Shown: one piece after another, positions 24,610 through 37,670 of the stretch | Numbering within the stretch: the first letter of the stretch is position 1 | Layout: each line of letters starts with the position of its first letter | DNA from: Octopus vulgaris | Lineage: Eukaryota | Direction of reading: 5' to 3' | Assembly (NCBI GenBank): GCA_951406725.2 | Contig: OX597815.1 | Coordinates: 55,180,001 to 55,244,000, forward strand | DNA: 64,000 bases | Notes under the pieces: model-generated | What the model saw: only the letters and a program-made list of their open reading frames with translations | Database searches by the model: none | What the model was told of the DNA's origin: nothing | Program-made: the position numbers and the translations under genes

Positions 24610-27600
24610 AAGTCGGATGTAGACGTTTTTTTTTAAATGTCGCTTATTATGCAGTAAGTTAAAAGTGTGTTTTTTGGTCGTACAAAGTTAAAATTTTGTG
24701 TCTGTTACAGTTAAATTTGGTTATTATAATTTGAAAAAAGGAACTGTTTATTGTTTGTTTTGAAGCAAAATTTGTTTTAATTTCCCCGTGCGGGGGAACG
24801 CTTTACTGTATTTATTAGTGTTTTTACACAATGGAAGGTACTGTCGCGCGTAGGGAGAGTGTATCTCCAGTGCCAAGTACCAGTAAGGATTCTGTAGTGA
24901 GCAGAAGGATATTGGAAGAACCAATAAGGAGCTTTGCGGCTGCCGCTGGAGGAAACTCAAGGAAAATTGACACAACCAATTTGAAGGCACACCGAGAGCT
25001 ATTAACAAAAGAAGGGACCGAAATAAAGGTGGTCCCTCCCCATACCTAATGCCGGCTTCCGGGATCTACTAAGTCGCTTTCAGCTAGTAGATCCATACAG
25101 ACTTGGATTCCCGAACACCCCAATGTGGACATGGTTAAGTGGTGACGGGTCTTTTAAGTCCTATATAGATAGGATTCTAATTAGAGAAACAGATAGATCC
25201 ATAGCTAAGTGTCCACAGTTCCACTTGGTCAGCTACAGTGATCATAAATTAGTCACTTGTAAGCTGAACCTAGATAAGTTACAGAGTAGAGGATCTGGTT
25301 ACTGGAAACTCAATAAGTCCCATTTGGCGAACGAAGAGTACAGAAGCCGGATTAAGTTACTGATACAGAGGGCTTTAACAGGTACCATCATTAATAATAA
25401 ATGGTGGTACGCCCCCAAAAGAGTCATTAAATTTGAGTCTGTTAGATATAGCATAGGTTTAGTGGTTAGAGAGCGTAAGAGGGAACTAGAACTGGTTAAG
25501 GAATTAGAGGAAGCCGTGTTGACTGGTAGTGCTGCTCAGGCGAAGGCTAAGAGACTGGAATTAAACCAGCATCTCAAGGCCAAATACATGGGATGCATTA
25601 TCAGGGCTAGACTTCGTGCAATGGGGAGTGAGGGGATCAATGCCGCTGGATGGGCTCGGGTGGTGGAAACCCAACGTGGAAATGATTCCACAATTCGATC
25701 TGTCGAGAACCTACAAGGCGAGATTGTGAACGAACCCGATGAGATGTGTCAGGCTTCTCAGGAGCACTTTGCACAGCTTTTCGGGAGGAGCGATGGACCG
25801 GATGGTAGGTTGGACTTTTCAGACTTCCTTGCTGGGTTGCCGCGTCTCTCGGGGCAGATGCTGAGTGCTGTGATGGTCCGATCACACCTCAGGAGGTGAG
25901 AGAGGCTATAATGGACTGTAAAGCTGGTAGGGCGTCGGGACTTGATGGTTTGCCTTATGAATTGTACAAAAGTATGCCAGACTTGTTTGGGCAAATTCTG
26001 GCCGGGGTTTACGCTAACTGGCAGCAGAATAGGTCGATTCCCAGATCTGTACGCAGGGGAGTGGTGACTCTGGTCAGGAAGGACCCAAACAAGGGAGATA
26101 AGATAGACAACTTTAGGCCCATCACTCTGTTAAACGCAGAGGTGAAGATTTTGGCCAAGGTACTAGCAAAAAGATTGGGGCGGGTCGCGAATACTTTGAT
26201 CGGCAAGGCACAAACCTGTGTCGTCCCCGGCAGAAGCATTCAGGACAATCTCCATCTTATACGCTATACCTTAGAAGGGTTTGGTAGTGATTCTGGCAAA
26301 GGTGAGGCTTTGGTCCGTTTAGACCAGTCAAAAGCATTCGATAGGGTTGACCATCGATACCTGGTGTCCGTGCTGGCACAGTTCGGGCTGGGTCTTGGCT
26401 TCCTTTGGTGGATAATCCAATTATACGATAACATCGATTCGATCGTTCAGGTGAACGGCTTTCTTTCTAGGCCGTTCTCTATTAAGCGCTCAGTTCGCTA
26501 AGGATGTCCGCTCTCGCCGCTTTTGTATGTGATGGCCCTAGAGCCGTTACTGCGAAAGTTGAGTGGCATCCCGAGGAGAGTCGGTTTCAGCATATGCGGA
26601 TGACATCACCATTATCGTAACTAATTTGGAACACCTACAGAGGGTAGGTGAAACCATTAAGGTTTACGAGACGGTAATAGGAGCAAAGATTAACCGGGAA
26701 AAGTCAGTCGGCTGGCAACTCGGCACCTGGAGGGGCAAGTCGATGCCTTCGGATAGCGTCGTGGGGCGTTGGACGGAGGGCCCAGTTAAGCTGCTAGGAG
26801 TTTGGTTTGGACCAGATCTCCAGGTAGAAAAGAACTGGGCAGAGGTATCGAGCAAGGTGACCTGCATAGTCAAGACCTGGTCTTGGCGGTGGTTATCCTT
26901 GAAAGTGCGGGCGGAGGTGGCCAATGTGTTTATCGCATCGGTCATCATTTACCGCCTAACCGTCGTGCCCTGTCCCGGTTCGTAGTTGAGCAAGTTGGAG
27001 AGGCAGATCTTCTGCTTTTTGTGGAAGAGCACCACTCATCTTGTGAGGCGTTCTATCTGCTGCCAGAAGCCGTTGAATGGAGAACTGGGGATGCCTTGGC
27101 TGTTGATGCGCAAACATGCGCTGAGGTTGAGGCATCTCTGGCTACTCCTGAATGGTAAACAGGTGTGGTCTCCGCTCGCGAATCGGTTGTTTCCCAGGTT
27201 CACTAGTTTTAGTGGACAAGAAAGCTGGTTCCTTCGTAGATCGATGTTGGGTACATGGTTTACGGAGTGCCGTAAAGCACTCCTACAGTTCCATCGCTCG
27301 GGTAATGCTAGCGGTTTTGGTACCACCACATTTTTCTATAGCAGGTTGGTAGAGGCTGGGAACGACGATACTCTAGAGGAGACCCTAGGTCTCGGCGATA
27401 ACCAGTTAGACAGTCTATTCCGAAGGACGTTCGGGCCGGGGTGTTTGGATAATTTCCAAAAATCCCTGGCCTGGTAATGTTACCGAGGAGCCTTACCCGT
27501 TCGGGATAAGCTCGCAAGACACGGTCGAATTACCACTGCCGACTGTCCAAGATGCGGGCGGGATAGGGAAACCGTCCTGCACGCTATTGTTCAGTGTCCG

Positions 27601-28174
27601 GGAGTGTCTGAAGTGTGGGCTTATGTAGAACATCTGCTGTCAGGTTCGGGAAGAGTACAGCTGTCGCCTGAGTCAATCGTAAAAATTGACCCGCCGGATT
27701 TCCTCACGAAAGAAGGTAAGCAATGTTTTCTCGCAGTAGTAGCAATAGCGAAAGAGGTGGTATGGAAGTCGTGAATGAAAGGTTTGGCGACAGGCAACCT
27801 CATCTCCGGTCTCGAGTTGGTGAGATTTTTTATCTCCTACATTAAAAGGAAGAGAAGATGCCTGTCAAAGAAAATGTTCAAAGAAAGATGGTTGCATGTT
27901 GCGAGGGTGCTGGGAATGAAAGATTCCTCGTGAACATGTCATAAGTCTGAATACAAAAGTTTCAGTAGGAGAATGGGGCTCGTGGGGTCGGAGCGTAAGC
28001 CATCTCTCTGCTTCATCTCATGTTTGTATTACGTCCTTGTTGTATCTCATTCGATTTCATTCGATTTCATTATATTTTGTAAAATTTTAAAAGTCATATA
28101 ATCATTGTGTCTGACCCCAATTAGGCTGTATTGTCCCCCTTCTATGTTTGGGCCCTTGTGGCTTATAAAGAAAT
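24610..28174 (+). mobile_element. Tx1/L1-clade LINE with 5' end, internal deletion (most of ORF1 and N-terminal APE) and ~17-bp TSD
   Basis: APE SYIDRI/SDHK/GYWKLN; RT GLDGLP, RPITLLN, DQSKAFDRV, GCPLSP, YADD; TSD TGGATGCTG(T/C)ATGATCG at 24593-24609 and 28175-28191. Confidence 0.92.
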
Positions 28175-28539
28175 TGGATGCTGCATGATCGGTGCAGTGG
28201 TGATGTGCATAAATGACAAGAAATAGATAACAGTTAAATTGGTTTTTATTTAATGTTACAATATATACAACTGTTTTGTGTTGTTAATATATAGACGTCT
28301 ATTTCCGCCGAGGCCGACTTTGCCTTTCATTCTTTCGGGTTCGATAAAATAAGTACCAGTTGAGCACTGGGGTCGATGTAATCGACTTACCCCCTCCTTT
28401 GAAATTGTTAGTTTTGTGCCAAAATTTGAAACCAATATATAAAAGACTGTTAAGTCGGCGTGCTGGCAGAATAGCTAGCAAGCCGGACAATCTGCTTCTG
28501 CTGCCCATTTTGTAAGCAACTCTGGTCATTTTCGTCTAC

Positions 28540-29640
28540 TGTTACGTGGCCGAAAAAGGAGAGAACGTAAGGGAATTTACTTCTTTGAAAGTTGTCGAGC
28601 GAAAAGGGTAAGAGATGTTTGTTACTTCGGTGACGCTATAAGAAGAGAGGAGAAGACATATCTTCTTTCACTGGCACTACTGAAGAAAGAAAACAAGCAT
28701 GTACCTCCGGGTTAAAAAAGAAGAATTCTATTTAGTGTTCTGTATTTATAATAATTTCCTAGATAAATTAGATTAGGGGAACAGAGGATTTTTCGTGGGA
28801 TGAATTAAGATTTAATCTCAGATATTAGGAAAATAGATAAAGCTTATCTATGTTGAACGGAGTTTCACAATTGACTCACGTAAATCACTGAGTGCATTTC
28901 AAAAGAACAAAGGAAAGAAACTAGCAGAAACATTTAAGCTACGGTTTGAATTCCTGGTTGAGAATCCAAGAATTCTCCGAGAGAGAAGAGAGTGTAGCAT
29001 ATCTGATATCCTCACTGTTTGAGAGACACGATAAGAATGATCTCGTTTGAGATTACAACCATCTTTGGCTAGTTTGACCCTGTTGTGTCCACTGATCTGA
29101 TTGGTTGGCATTTGGCGCGGTCTGTATCTCTACTTATTTCGCGCCATTGTGTAAAGCTAACCAATCACGGCCTTCGGATAGGATGCTTTATTTGAGCCTA
29201 CCACAGGCTTTATAATGTGCTAGTTTTCACTATTCACCGTCTTTCGGCTACTCAGCTATGTTCCAGTTCCAGCGACAGACGACCAGCCAGCCAACCATGC
29301 TACTGCTCCAGCTATGAAGACGCTATTGTACACCCGCTACGCAGGACGATCTCCATCTCCGCCTTCGTCATCCCCATCGTCGTACTTCAGCTTTACGTCG
29401 TCTCCACCATCGTCGCCATTGCACGGTCAACAGCATGCACACATCTACACACCGACCAGGTTTAACTCACGCTGTTTGTGTGAATCTTTCACCGAAAAGT
29501 AACAGTCAGTCTATCTGAAAGAACTATCTATATCAAGAGACTCAGCACGGCATGATAGCCACAACCTCTACACGAGTAGTAACCAGCTCTGCCACGTGAC
29601 CCACAACATCTTGTTATAGAACTTACGGCAATCTTTCGTT
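28540..29640 (+). mobile_element. Truncated LTR retrotransposon: LTR (28540-29110), PBS-like TGGCGC, 5' UTR
   Basis: TGTTACG...TGGCA followed by TTTGGCGCGG; 29330-29620 resembles the Gypsy 5' UTR at 6545-6780. Confidence 0.55.
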
Positions 29641-29670
29641 TGTAGTAGCACGTTTCCGTCGATTTCCGTA

Positions 29671-30375
29671 AAAAACTTTTATTTTTTTACATATGGCCTT
29701 GCGGGAACATTTGAAGTAATGAGAGCGAAAGAGACTAAGAGGAAGCGATTTTATGACGAGGGAATTTCTTTTGAAGTTATCAAAGCATTGATGTACATGT
29801 GTGTGTGTGTGCGCGCGTGTGTGTGTGTGTTTGATGGGGTGTGGGAGACAGAGAGAGTAATGTGTGAAAGAGAGAGATAACTGAAATTTTTTACTCGGTG
29901 TATGTGTATATGTATGTGTGTGTGTGTATGTGTGTGTGTATGTGTGTATGTATGTATGTATGTATGTATGTATGTATGTATGTATGGCCGATTCAGTGTA
30001 CACTGAATCGGCCATACATACATACATACACACACGCATACATAGATACATACACACACACACATACATAGATACATACACACACACACATACATGCATA
30101 CATACATATACACATACACCGAGTAAAAAATTTCAGTTATCTCTCTCTTTCACACATTACTCTCTCTGTCTCTTCACACACACTAACAGAAGCACTTCAC
30201 TTACACAACATACTGTTTGTCTCCCACACCCCATCAAACACACACACATGTACATCAATGCTTTGATAACTTCAAAAGAAATTCCCTCGTCATAAAATCG
30301 CTTCCTCTTAGTCTCTTTCGCTCTCATTACTTCAAATGTTCCCGCAAGGCCATATGTAAAAAAATAAAAGTTTTT
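29671..30375. repeat. ~700-bp spacer-less palindrome (fold-back)
   Basis: Centre GGCCGATTCAGTGT|ACACTGAATCGGCC at 29999/30000; arms near-identical outside microsatellites, with one ~50-bp indel. Confidence 0.95.
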
Positions 30376-30518
30376 CCGTGCACGCATTCATACACAACAC
30401 TACGCTAGCACTCACACTCTCTCATTGTACACATTGTAAATACAGTCTTCTTCTCTCTCAAATAGTAGAACGGTTTGTTGTCCTCATTTATTTCTTTGGC
30501 ACTGTATTTTATATAATA

Positions 30519-31038
30519 CTAGCAGTATCGCCCGGCGTTGCTCGGGTTTGTAAGGGAAATAACTATATAAGCATTTTTAGAGAGTTACTTCCCTTATAGA
30601 TGCCAATTCGGGCTTTCTTAGCCATTTCTGTTTTGGTGTCTTCAAGCCATTTGGTGTCTTCAAGTCGTTGTTCTAAAAGAACGCTGGTCTCCTTGACAAC
30701 GCATTACGACGCTGATTTCTTTACACTCCCTTCCCCACAGCTTCACGAGGGAGGGAAGGGGGAGAAGCAAACAGGTGCAGCTGTGAGCGTGGACGCCAAC
30801 TCCGCCGCCATCGACACACGAAAAATTATGCATTAAAATGGAATAAAAAATTATGTTAAATTATTTTTAAAATCGTAGACTCATCGTTGACGCGCGCTAA
30901 TAGCCAGACGGGCTCGATATGAATCACGACTATAAGATACCCGAATTTGGTTAAACTACACCGCAAAATGTGGGAGGAGTTAGGAATCTAAATCGAAGGG
31001 GACAGACACTCACACAACTAGAGTTTTATATATAGAGA
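30519..31038 (-). mobile_element. Complete non-autonomous Helitron (520 bp)
   Basis: Minus strand A|TCTCTATATATAAAA ... CCCGAGCAACGCCGGG hairpin ... CTAG|T. Confidence 0.9.
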
Positions 31039-31039
31039 T

Positions 31040-31285
31040 ATATGGCTTCTTATGCTAGGGAATGACCGTGCGACGTTCAAAAGAAGACATTTGTCACCAA
31101 CTCATTACGTACGGTCGTTTATTCCTACAAGAGCTTCATTTGATTCAAGGGCAGATGACAAGATAGGAGGAACGCGTAATCGAGAGTAAAATAAGCTGGA
31201 ATGAAATGTGGAAGTGGACTACATCACGTCTAAGTTTTCTGATTCGTTCATCCTACGTTGCCTTGCCATCGCCTACAAACCTATT
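31040..31285 (+). mobile_element. HERO-like LINE internal fragment
   Basis: QGQMTR...KISWNEMWKWTTSRLSFLIRSSYVALPSPTNL. Confidence 0.65.
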
Positions 31286-31993
31286 GATTAGCATATACTT
31301 TTATATGCTAATCGATGCCATGAAAATCATTTTCGCCCTAAATCAATATTAGCTATTAAAGTTTGAAAATTTTGGGTAATCTTAGCCAATCGTAAACTAC
31401 AAACATATTCATGCCTGTTTTCATAGTAACAAGCCAAACGAGAACTTTTTTGTCTGTGAGAAAGCATGTGTCGACAAATATATTCGAGTCATTGACGTGG
31501 TTGTCATGTATGCTAAAAATAGCAGCCAAATAGTCCTTAAATAATGTACCAGGAGATGATGCGGTTTCGTACTTGCTAGAAAAGGGTGTTATACCCAAAA
31601 GAAAATGATGCAAAACGAAGAAGCATTTTATGAGTACAAAAAAAGTGGTCGGAATATGTATTGGCGATGCTCACGCCAAGGATGCATGGTGTTTGTATCA
31701 GTGAGGAATAAATATAGGGATGGTGTTATTAAAATACCATCACAAGTGGTAAGCGAATTATTAGCCGTAGAGGCAAATTAATAAAATATATACATACAAT
31801 ATTAGATATGTACATATATACACAAGGGTACTACATGAGTACCTATATCGCTAATGATAGAAGTCAAAAAATACTTCTGTACCACCGAATAGTCACAAAT
31901 CTATTACAGACAAGATAGGAAAAAATATCAGTGAACAATAATAATGTCTTACCTCAAAAGGGTCATATGTATGTATGTATACGTATGTATATA

Positions 31994-33650
31994 CTAGCTG
32001 ACATAACCAGTAATTCCGGGAAAATCGGGGCTTATCCCTTGGTTCCATTCTCATAATTGTTTCGCTAAGCCAATAACAACAATACAATGTATGTAGCCCT
32101 TAAAACGGTTTTGTGCATTTACAGAGAATACCGAACTTACACAGGATCTTGTTTTTAGGAATCCTCAATATGTTATGAATGCCCAAATTGTGAAGTCAGT
32201 TATGTAATAACATGAAATTAGCTACCCAATAGTAAAAATTCAAATAAAGTATCCTCAAAATGGGCTTTAATGCATTTCCAGAGTATATAGAACTTAGGAG
32301 GAAATACCAATACGATATGTATACTAAAATCGTGAAGCATGTTACGTAATAACAGGCTAATCATATATGAGATAATAACAATTCAAAGTAAAATAACTCT
32401 GAAAAGGGCTTTTGTGCGTTCCCAGAGAATATTACCCTCAGGGGCGCTAGTGTTGAAATAGATTTACAATGAATGTAGAAACAGACTGACATTTAGTTTT
32501 ACAGTAGACATACAAATAAATTTGTATATAGATTTTAAAATAAAATAATATGTAGATTATCAATACATTTACAACACTTACAAATACTACAGTTAAAAAG
32601 TAAATACCTGATGATTTGGTGAATCTTATTAAGTTTGCAGAGCTTCTTGATAAACAACATTTTTGGTCTTTCCTTGTGGGGCATAAATAAACAAATGATT
32701 AGGATTGTCGACTCTTAAACATCCCACATAAAGTTGGCCACAGGAGAAAACTGGTTCCGCAAGGTTCAGACCTACCACGTTCAAGGACTGTTCTTGGGCC
32801 TTGTTAATGCTCCTTGCAAAGCTCAGTTTCAATGGGAATTGCAGGCACTTGTACTGGAAAGGCATATCCAAGGGAATAAGTTGAATTCTAGATATGAATA
32901 CAGGCTCACCGCTTGTTTTACCAGTCAAAATTGTTATCTTCAAGATTGTTGGCATCATCTTCTTTATTATAAGTCGTGTGTCATTGCAAAGCTTTAGTGG
33001 ATCGAGGTGCAAGCTGTGAGGTGTCCAGGTCAAGTAATGCTTCATTGTAAATGGCGTTATTGAACGGGGCAATTTCCGCTGAGGTTTGCCTTTGAATCCT
33101 TTCTAGATGTCCTCTGCCAAGCTGAGTTTGTGGATCGCCCAAAGCTTGAGAGGTTCATGCAAGCCACATGTCATCAACATGATAGAAAATAGCTGGCATA
33201 GTTAACTTGGTGCTCTGCTGACTGTTGCCTCCTCCAGTGTCTGGTCTCAGTGGGCATCGTCCTCCAGTAGTCCTTAGGTTGTGCAGACTTCCTATTGTAT
33301 CTTCAAAAGTCTGTGAATGATGTAGAACCTCTGATAGTGTGTAGCAGTAGATGCAGAAAGAAGCACTCCTGCTGATTAGGGTGCACAGTGTACACCCGCT
33401 CGATGGTCCCACTTCTGAAGACAGCATCTTCTTCCCAGCCCTCAATGCTTGCATCTCTTCCAGCTATTGTGTGCCCAGGTATAGTACACGGGGACCTCTA
33501 CATACAACAGTGTTCGGGCAAGCAGATCCCATTGGCACAATTTGAAGAAAGCTATCAAAGTGGTTTCCCATGGATTCAGAACTACGTTTCGAGCATTGTC
33601 TTCTGTGAAATATACATGCTGCCATTTTCAAGATGTACCTTATACAAAAA
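31994..33650 (-). mobile_element. Degenerate, internally deleted Helitron
   Basis: ORF 32629-33072 is a PIF1 C-terminus (QFPLKLSFARSINKAQ, GQLYVG, TKNVVY); VHLENG near 33630; terminal CTAG 31994-31997 with imperfect hairpin. Confidence 0.85.
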
Positions 33651-33875
33651 AAATGACATATTGTTCTAAATAGTTTCAGTAATAAAATTTTTTATCCCTT
33701 TTCTTAAAATATTCCAGCCCCTTAATTTTGATATTTATATTGATTTTAAATAGCCCCTCAAAATAAGAACTCTTTAGAAACTGTAATATTACTTGTATCT
33801 CCACAAAATTTTTAATTAATTAAATTTTAATTAAATCAGTATATAATGGACATGTTTTTTAACCTCAGTTACCCT

Positions 33876-34134
33876 TAAAAAAATAAATGTGTCCTTTTAA
33901 AGCCTAGCCAGGCTCATGGGCCTGGTTTCCCAGTTTCAATGGCATATGTGTTCCCCAGCTGGACAGGATGCCAGTTCATTGCAGCATTACTCATTTTAGC
34001 CAGCTGAGTGGACAGGAGCAATGTGAAATGAAGTGTTTTGCTCAAGAACACAACGCATCACCCAGTCCAGGAATCGAAACCACAATCTTATGATCATGAT
34101 GCTGACACCCTAACCACTAAGCCACGCACCTCCA
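33876..34134 (-). mobile_element. Full-length tRNA-derived SINE with 12-bp TSD
   Basis: A box TGGCTTAGTGG, B box GTTTCGATTCC; TSD CTCAGTTACCCT at 33864-33875 and 34135-34146. Confidence 0.92.
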
Positions 34135-35494
34135 CTCAGTTACCCTAATTACATATTAAATATTAGTTAAATTCATTTGATCAATCTCCACAGAAACCTT
34201 ATAATAAGTAAATTCTTTAGATAAGTAAAAAGTATATAAACATTAATCTATTTCTTTGCAATTCACTTTACCTCCCTCTATTGTAGTTAAAGGATTTTGG
34301 TATATACTCAATAGTGGTATCCTGTTTGTTAAAATTCTCATTCTTAATAATCTTCTTGATTACCCTAAATAATACTTTTTAACCTTATACAGCATGATAA
34401 CATTGTTTTGAAATGATCTTTTGAAAGGAATTACTTGATTTTTTCTTTTTCTCAAATAGCTCCACCCTCCTGACCTTATTATGTATAAATATCTTTATAT
34501 AAATAACCTTTCTAAATAAGTACCAATTAGAAAATATACATATCATGTAGGGTGTAATAATAACAATTTCTTAAACCTATAATATAACCCTTAATTTTAT
34601 AAAAAGATTCGTTGATAGTAAAATTTCTGTTCCATAACTTAATTATTTCTTTAGCCGATATTAAACATCAGTCTTTTATAGATATTATTGTAACAAATAA
34701 ATATAATTTTTAGTTTAACATTTTGAATTATTAAATTTTTTCTAAAAATCTTCCCTATTGATGTTAATAAGCTAAATACACCTTACCATAGTTTTAGTAA
34801 ATAAGCCATTTTACCCCTTTTCTATTATGTTCTACCAATGATTATTTCATTTTACTTCTTAAAACTAGCTCTTATTTATTTATTTATAAAATTACTCTAA
34901 GTCTTGTATCTCTATAAATCTTATACACAGCTTATATAAAGCTATGCTGGTATATTAACTATTGAAAATAAATCTACTTTGACTAAAATTTTGAATATAT
35001 AAGTTAACATGTTCTTTTACCTCAATTTTCTTTTATTAATACCAGTAAATACTATTTAATCAATAATTATAAATATATGTTAAGTTAAGTATTTAAGTAT
35101 ATAAATATTGAACTATTTCTATATTTTCTGTCCCTCTATTGTGTAAAATTTGATATATACTGAAAGTATTCATAAATATTATTCTTAATAATCTTTGGAA
35201 TAACCCTAAACTATATCTGTATATAGCAGCATTGTTTCATAGTAGTAAACTGTAGTACTATATGATAAGACTTCCCCTGTCCCATTAGCATTGGTCTGCT
35301 TAATAGCAGCCAACATCTTGTTTGAAGTATCCTCTTACTAAACCTAATGGCATTGCTTCAAATAAATCTTGATTTATGGCTATGCCATTTAAATTGTCTA
35401 TTTACTCTACCCCACCCCAAACTGATACCACCCTCTGTCTTCTCTCAGATTTGATAAACTAGTCTATAAAATTAAAAGTGACCCCCCCCCCCCC

Positions 35495-35532
<38 letters not shown>

Positions 35533-35908
35533 CGTAATTAAAACTAAATAACAGAAATATTCAGTGAAAAGCAGTGTCTTCTTTGAAAAAAATTTCAGTT
35601 ATAACTGTGATGTTGGTAAAACATTTTCTTTGTCTATCTCCTTATCCTCTTGGAGATTTTGGATAAAATTATGCTAATGAGTCCTTCGAATTTAATTAAA
35701 TTCTATATTTTCGTGCAACTGAAGATTGCTCTACATTTTAAATTGATGTAATGTTTGCATTGTTCAATTAAATAGAGTCGCATGAAACGATCGTACTGCA
35801 TTACCATTGGATATCCTTGTTACTTATTTTTATTGTAATCACCTTATTTTAAATTGTATGGCTAATACCATACTAAATTCTGGTGCCTCAACTTAAGTAC
35901 CATATTCA

Positions 35909-35954
<46 letters not shown>

Positions 35955-36145
35955 GGAGTGTATGTATGTATGTATATGCATATATGGGTACAGGATGTCA
36001 CCAACTGTGTAAACAACGAGAGAAAAAACTGGAAAACAGGACAAGTAAACACAGAGAAACGACTCTTCATCAGTTGTCGGTTGTCTGTCTACTCCTCATT
36101 TCGAGCATTCAAAGATAATATGAGTCTTCAAAGACAGTTGCTCCC

Positions 36146-36212
<67 letters not shown>

Positions 36213-36218
36213 CATATC

Positions 36219-36259
<41 letters not shown>

Positions 36260-36489
36260 TCCAACCCATGCTAGCATGGAAAACGGACGCTAAATGATGA
36301 TGATGATGATGATGATAATCCAGCTTGTTTTGATATTTATTTCAAACTTTTTCTAAACCCCACACAAATTTCGTGGGATACTATTGCTTTTTATTTTCCC
36401 CCCACAATAAATTATTTCAGAGACACAATTTTCTTTGACATAATGCTATTGATGTAATAATTGGTAGTTTTAACAAACTAATTATTTTG

Positions 36490-37430
36490 AAGCTGGCTTG
36501 ATGGGTTTTCAGCTAAATTCCATCAATTATAGAAAGTGAAATGGACTTTTGTAAGGTACACAACCACAATATTTCTATAACGATGGATTGTTATAACAGC
36601 TGATAGGGTACCACAGCCAAAGAAACAGCCAACTGTTTTCAGGTTAAAAGCTATCGAAAATATTGCTGGAGAGCATATGGAATTATGTGATGTTAATTAC
36701 AGGATAATTAATACTTTCTGTGCATAGCTGAAAGAACTCTTAAAGAACATCTAGGAGAAGCCGGCAGTGCTGATGAAATTACTAAACAGAAACAACCTAG
36801 GCAGCAAACAAGTCTTGAAGAAAACTTCAACAAACTGCACAGCCATATTGGATGGTTAACTGAAATGATAAAATGTAAGAGGAATGATAATTTTATACTT
36901 CTGACATCTTATGCAAAAAAAAAAAATCAAAAAAATTACAGTAACTCTTCACATGAGCTCTTAAGGGAAAGCTAATTACTTTTAAGGCATAATCTCAGGA
37001 CTTCATTATTGTAAAAAAGAGAAGACTTCATTGTCGTTGAAAAATTTTCGAACACACAAGAATAAATCTGAAGTTTGCTTCTATGACTGTTAAGAAAACC
37101 CTTAGAAAATCAAAGAGAAAGTGATATCTATGAACAACTGCTTCAAAACCTCTATATCCAGATTATAGATTTACATTTGTACCAATAATAATTGGTGTAC
37201 ATGGTTATGTTAGCAAATATTTAAGTGGCAATATGCAAAAGCTAGGGTTTCCAGAAAAAGAAATCAACCAGATAACATGCACATTACAAACACAATTTGT
37301 AAGCAAAACAGTAAGAAAGCGCAAGACTTTTCTCAAGTTCAACAGGTGGCATTGTTTTTATTACTTACATCCCAGCAATGGAGCTTTGTCAGAAATAAGT
37401 TCCTTCCTTACATGAAGTAAGAAAATACAC
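36490..37430 (+). mobile_element. Old degenerate copy of the R4/Dong-like family
   Basis: KLGFPEKE...LQTQFVSKTVRKRKTFLKF parallels 17900-18010; left boundary approximate. Confidence 0.6.
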
Positions 37431-37670
37431 ATTAGAGAGAAATGGTATACTGCCTGGCCTACTTTGTTTTTTTTTGTTGTATTCTTAAGGGATTTTTTTT
37501 TTTACCAGGTCCTAACCACTTTTGTAGACACTGAAAACTCTTCCTAATCCTTAATGATTTCCATACTGTTCCACATATCCAGCACAATACAATTTCAACA
37601 GTTTATTCTCTCATATAGTATTAGTACATATTATGAAATATTTTATTTATGGAAAACAGAATATCTTTTA

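Noticed and set aside
33660-35480. Very AT-rich block considered as a NUMT or viral insert
   Set aside because: I could not recognise mitochondrial rRNA, tRNA or protein motifs, or any sustained ORF; probably an old decayed repeat. A database search would be needed.
36055-36135. GAAA...CTGATGA hammerhead-like halves on the minus strand (similar at 43175-43250)
   Set aside because: The core boxes are present but I could not form consistent stems I-III; likely decayed Penelope terminal repeats
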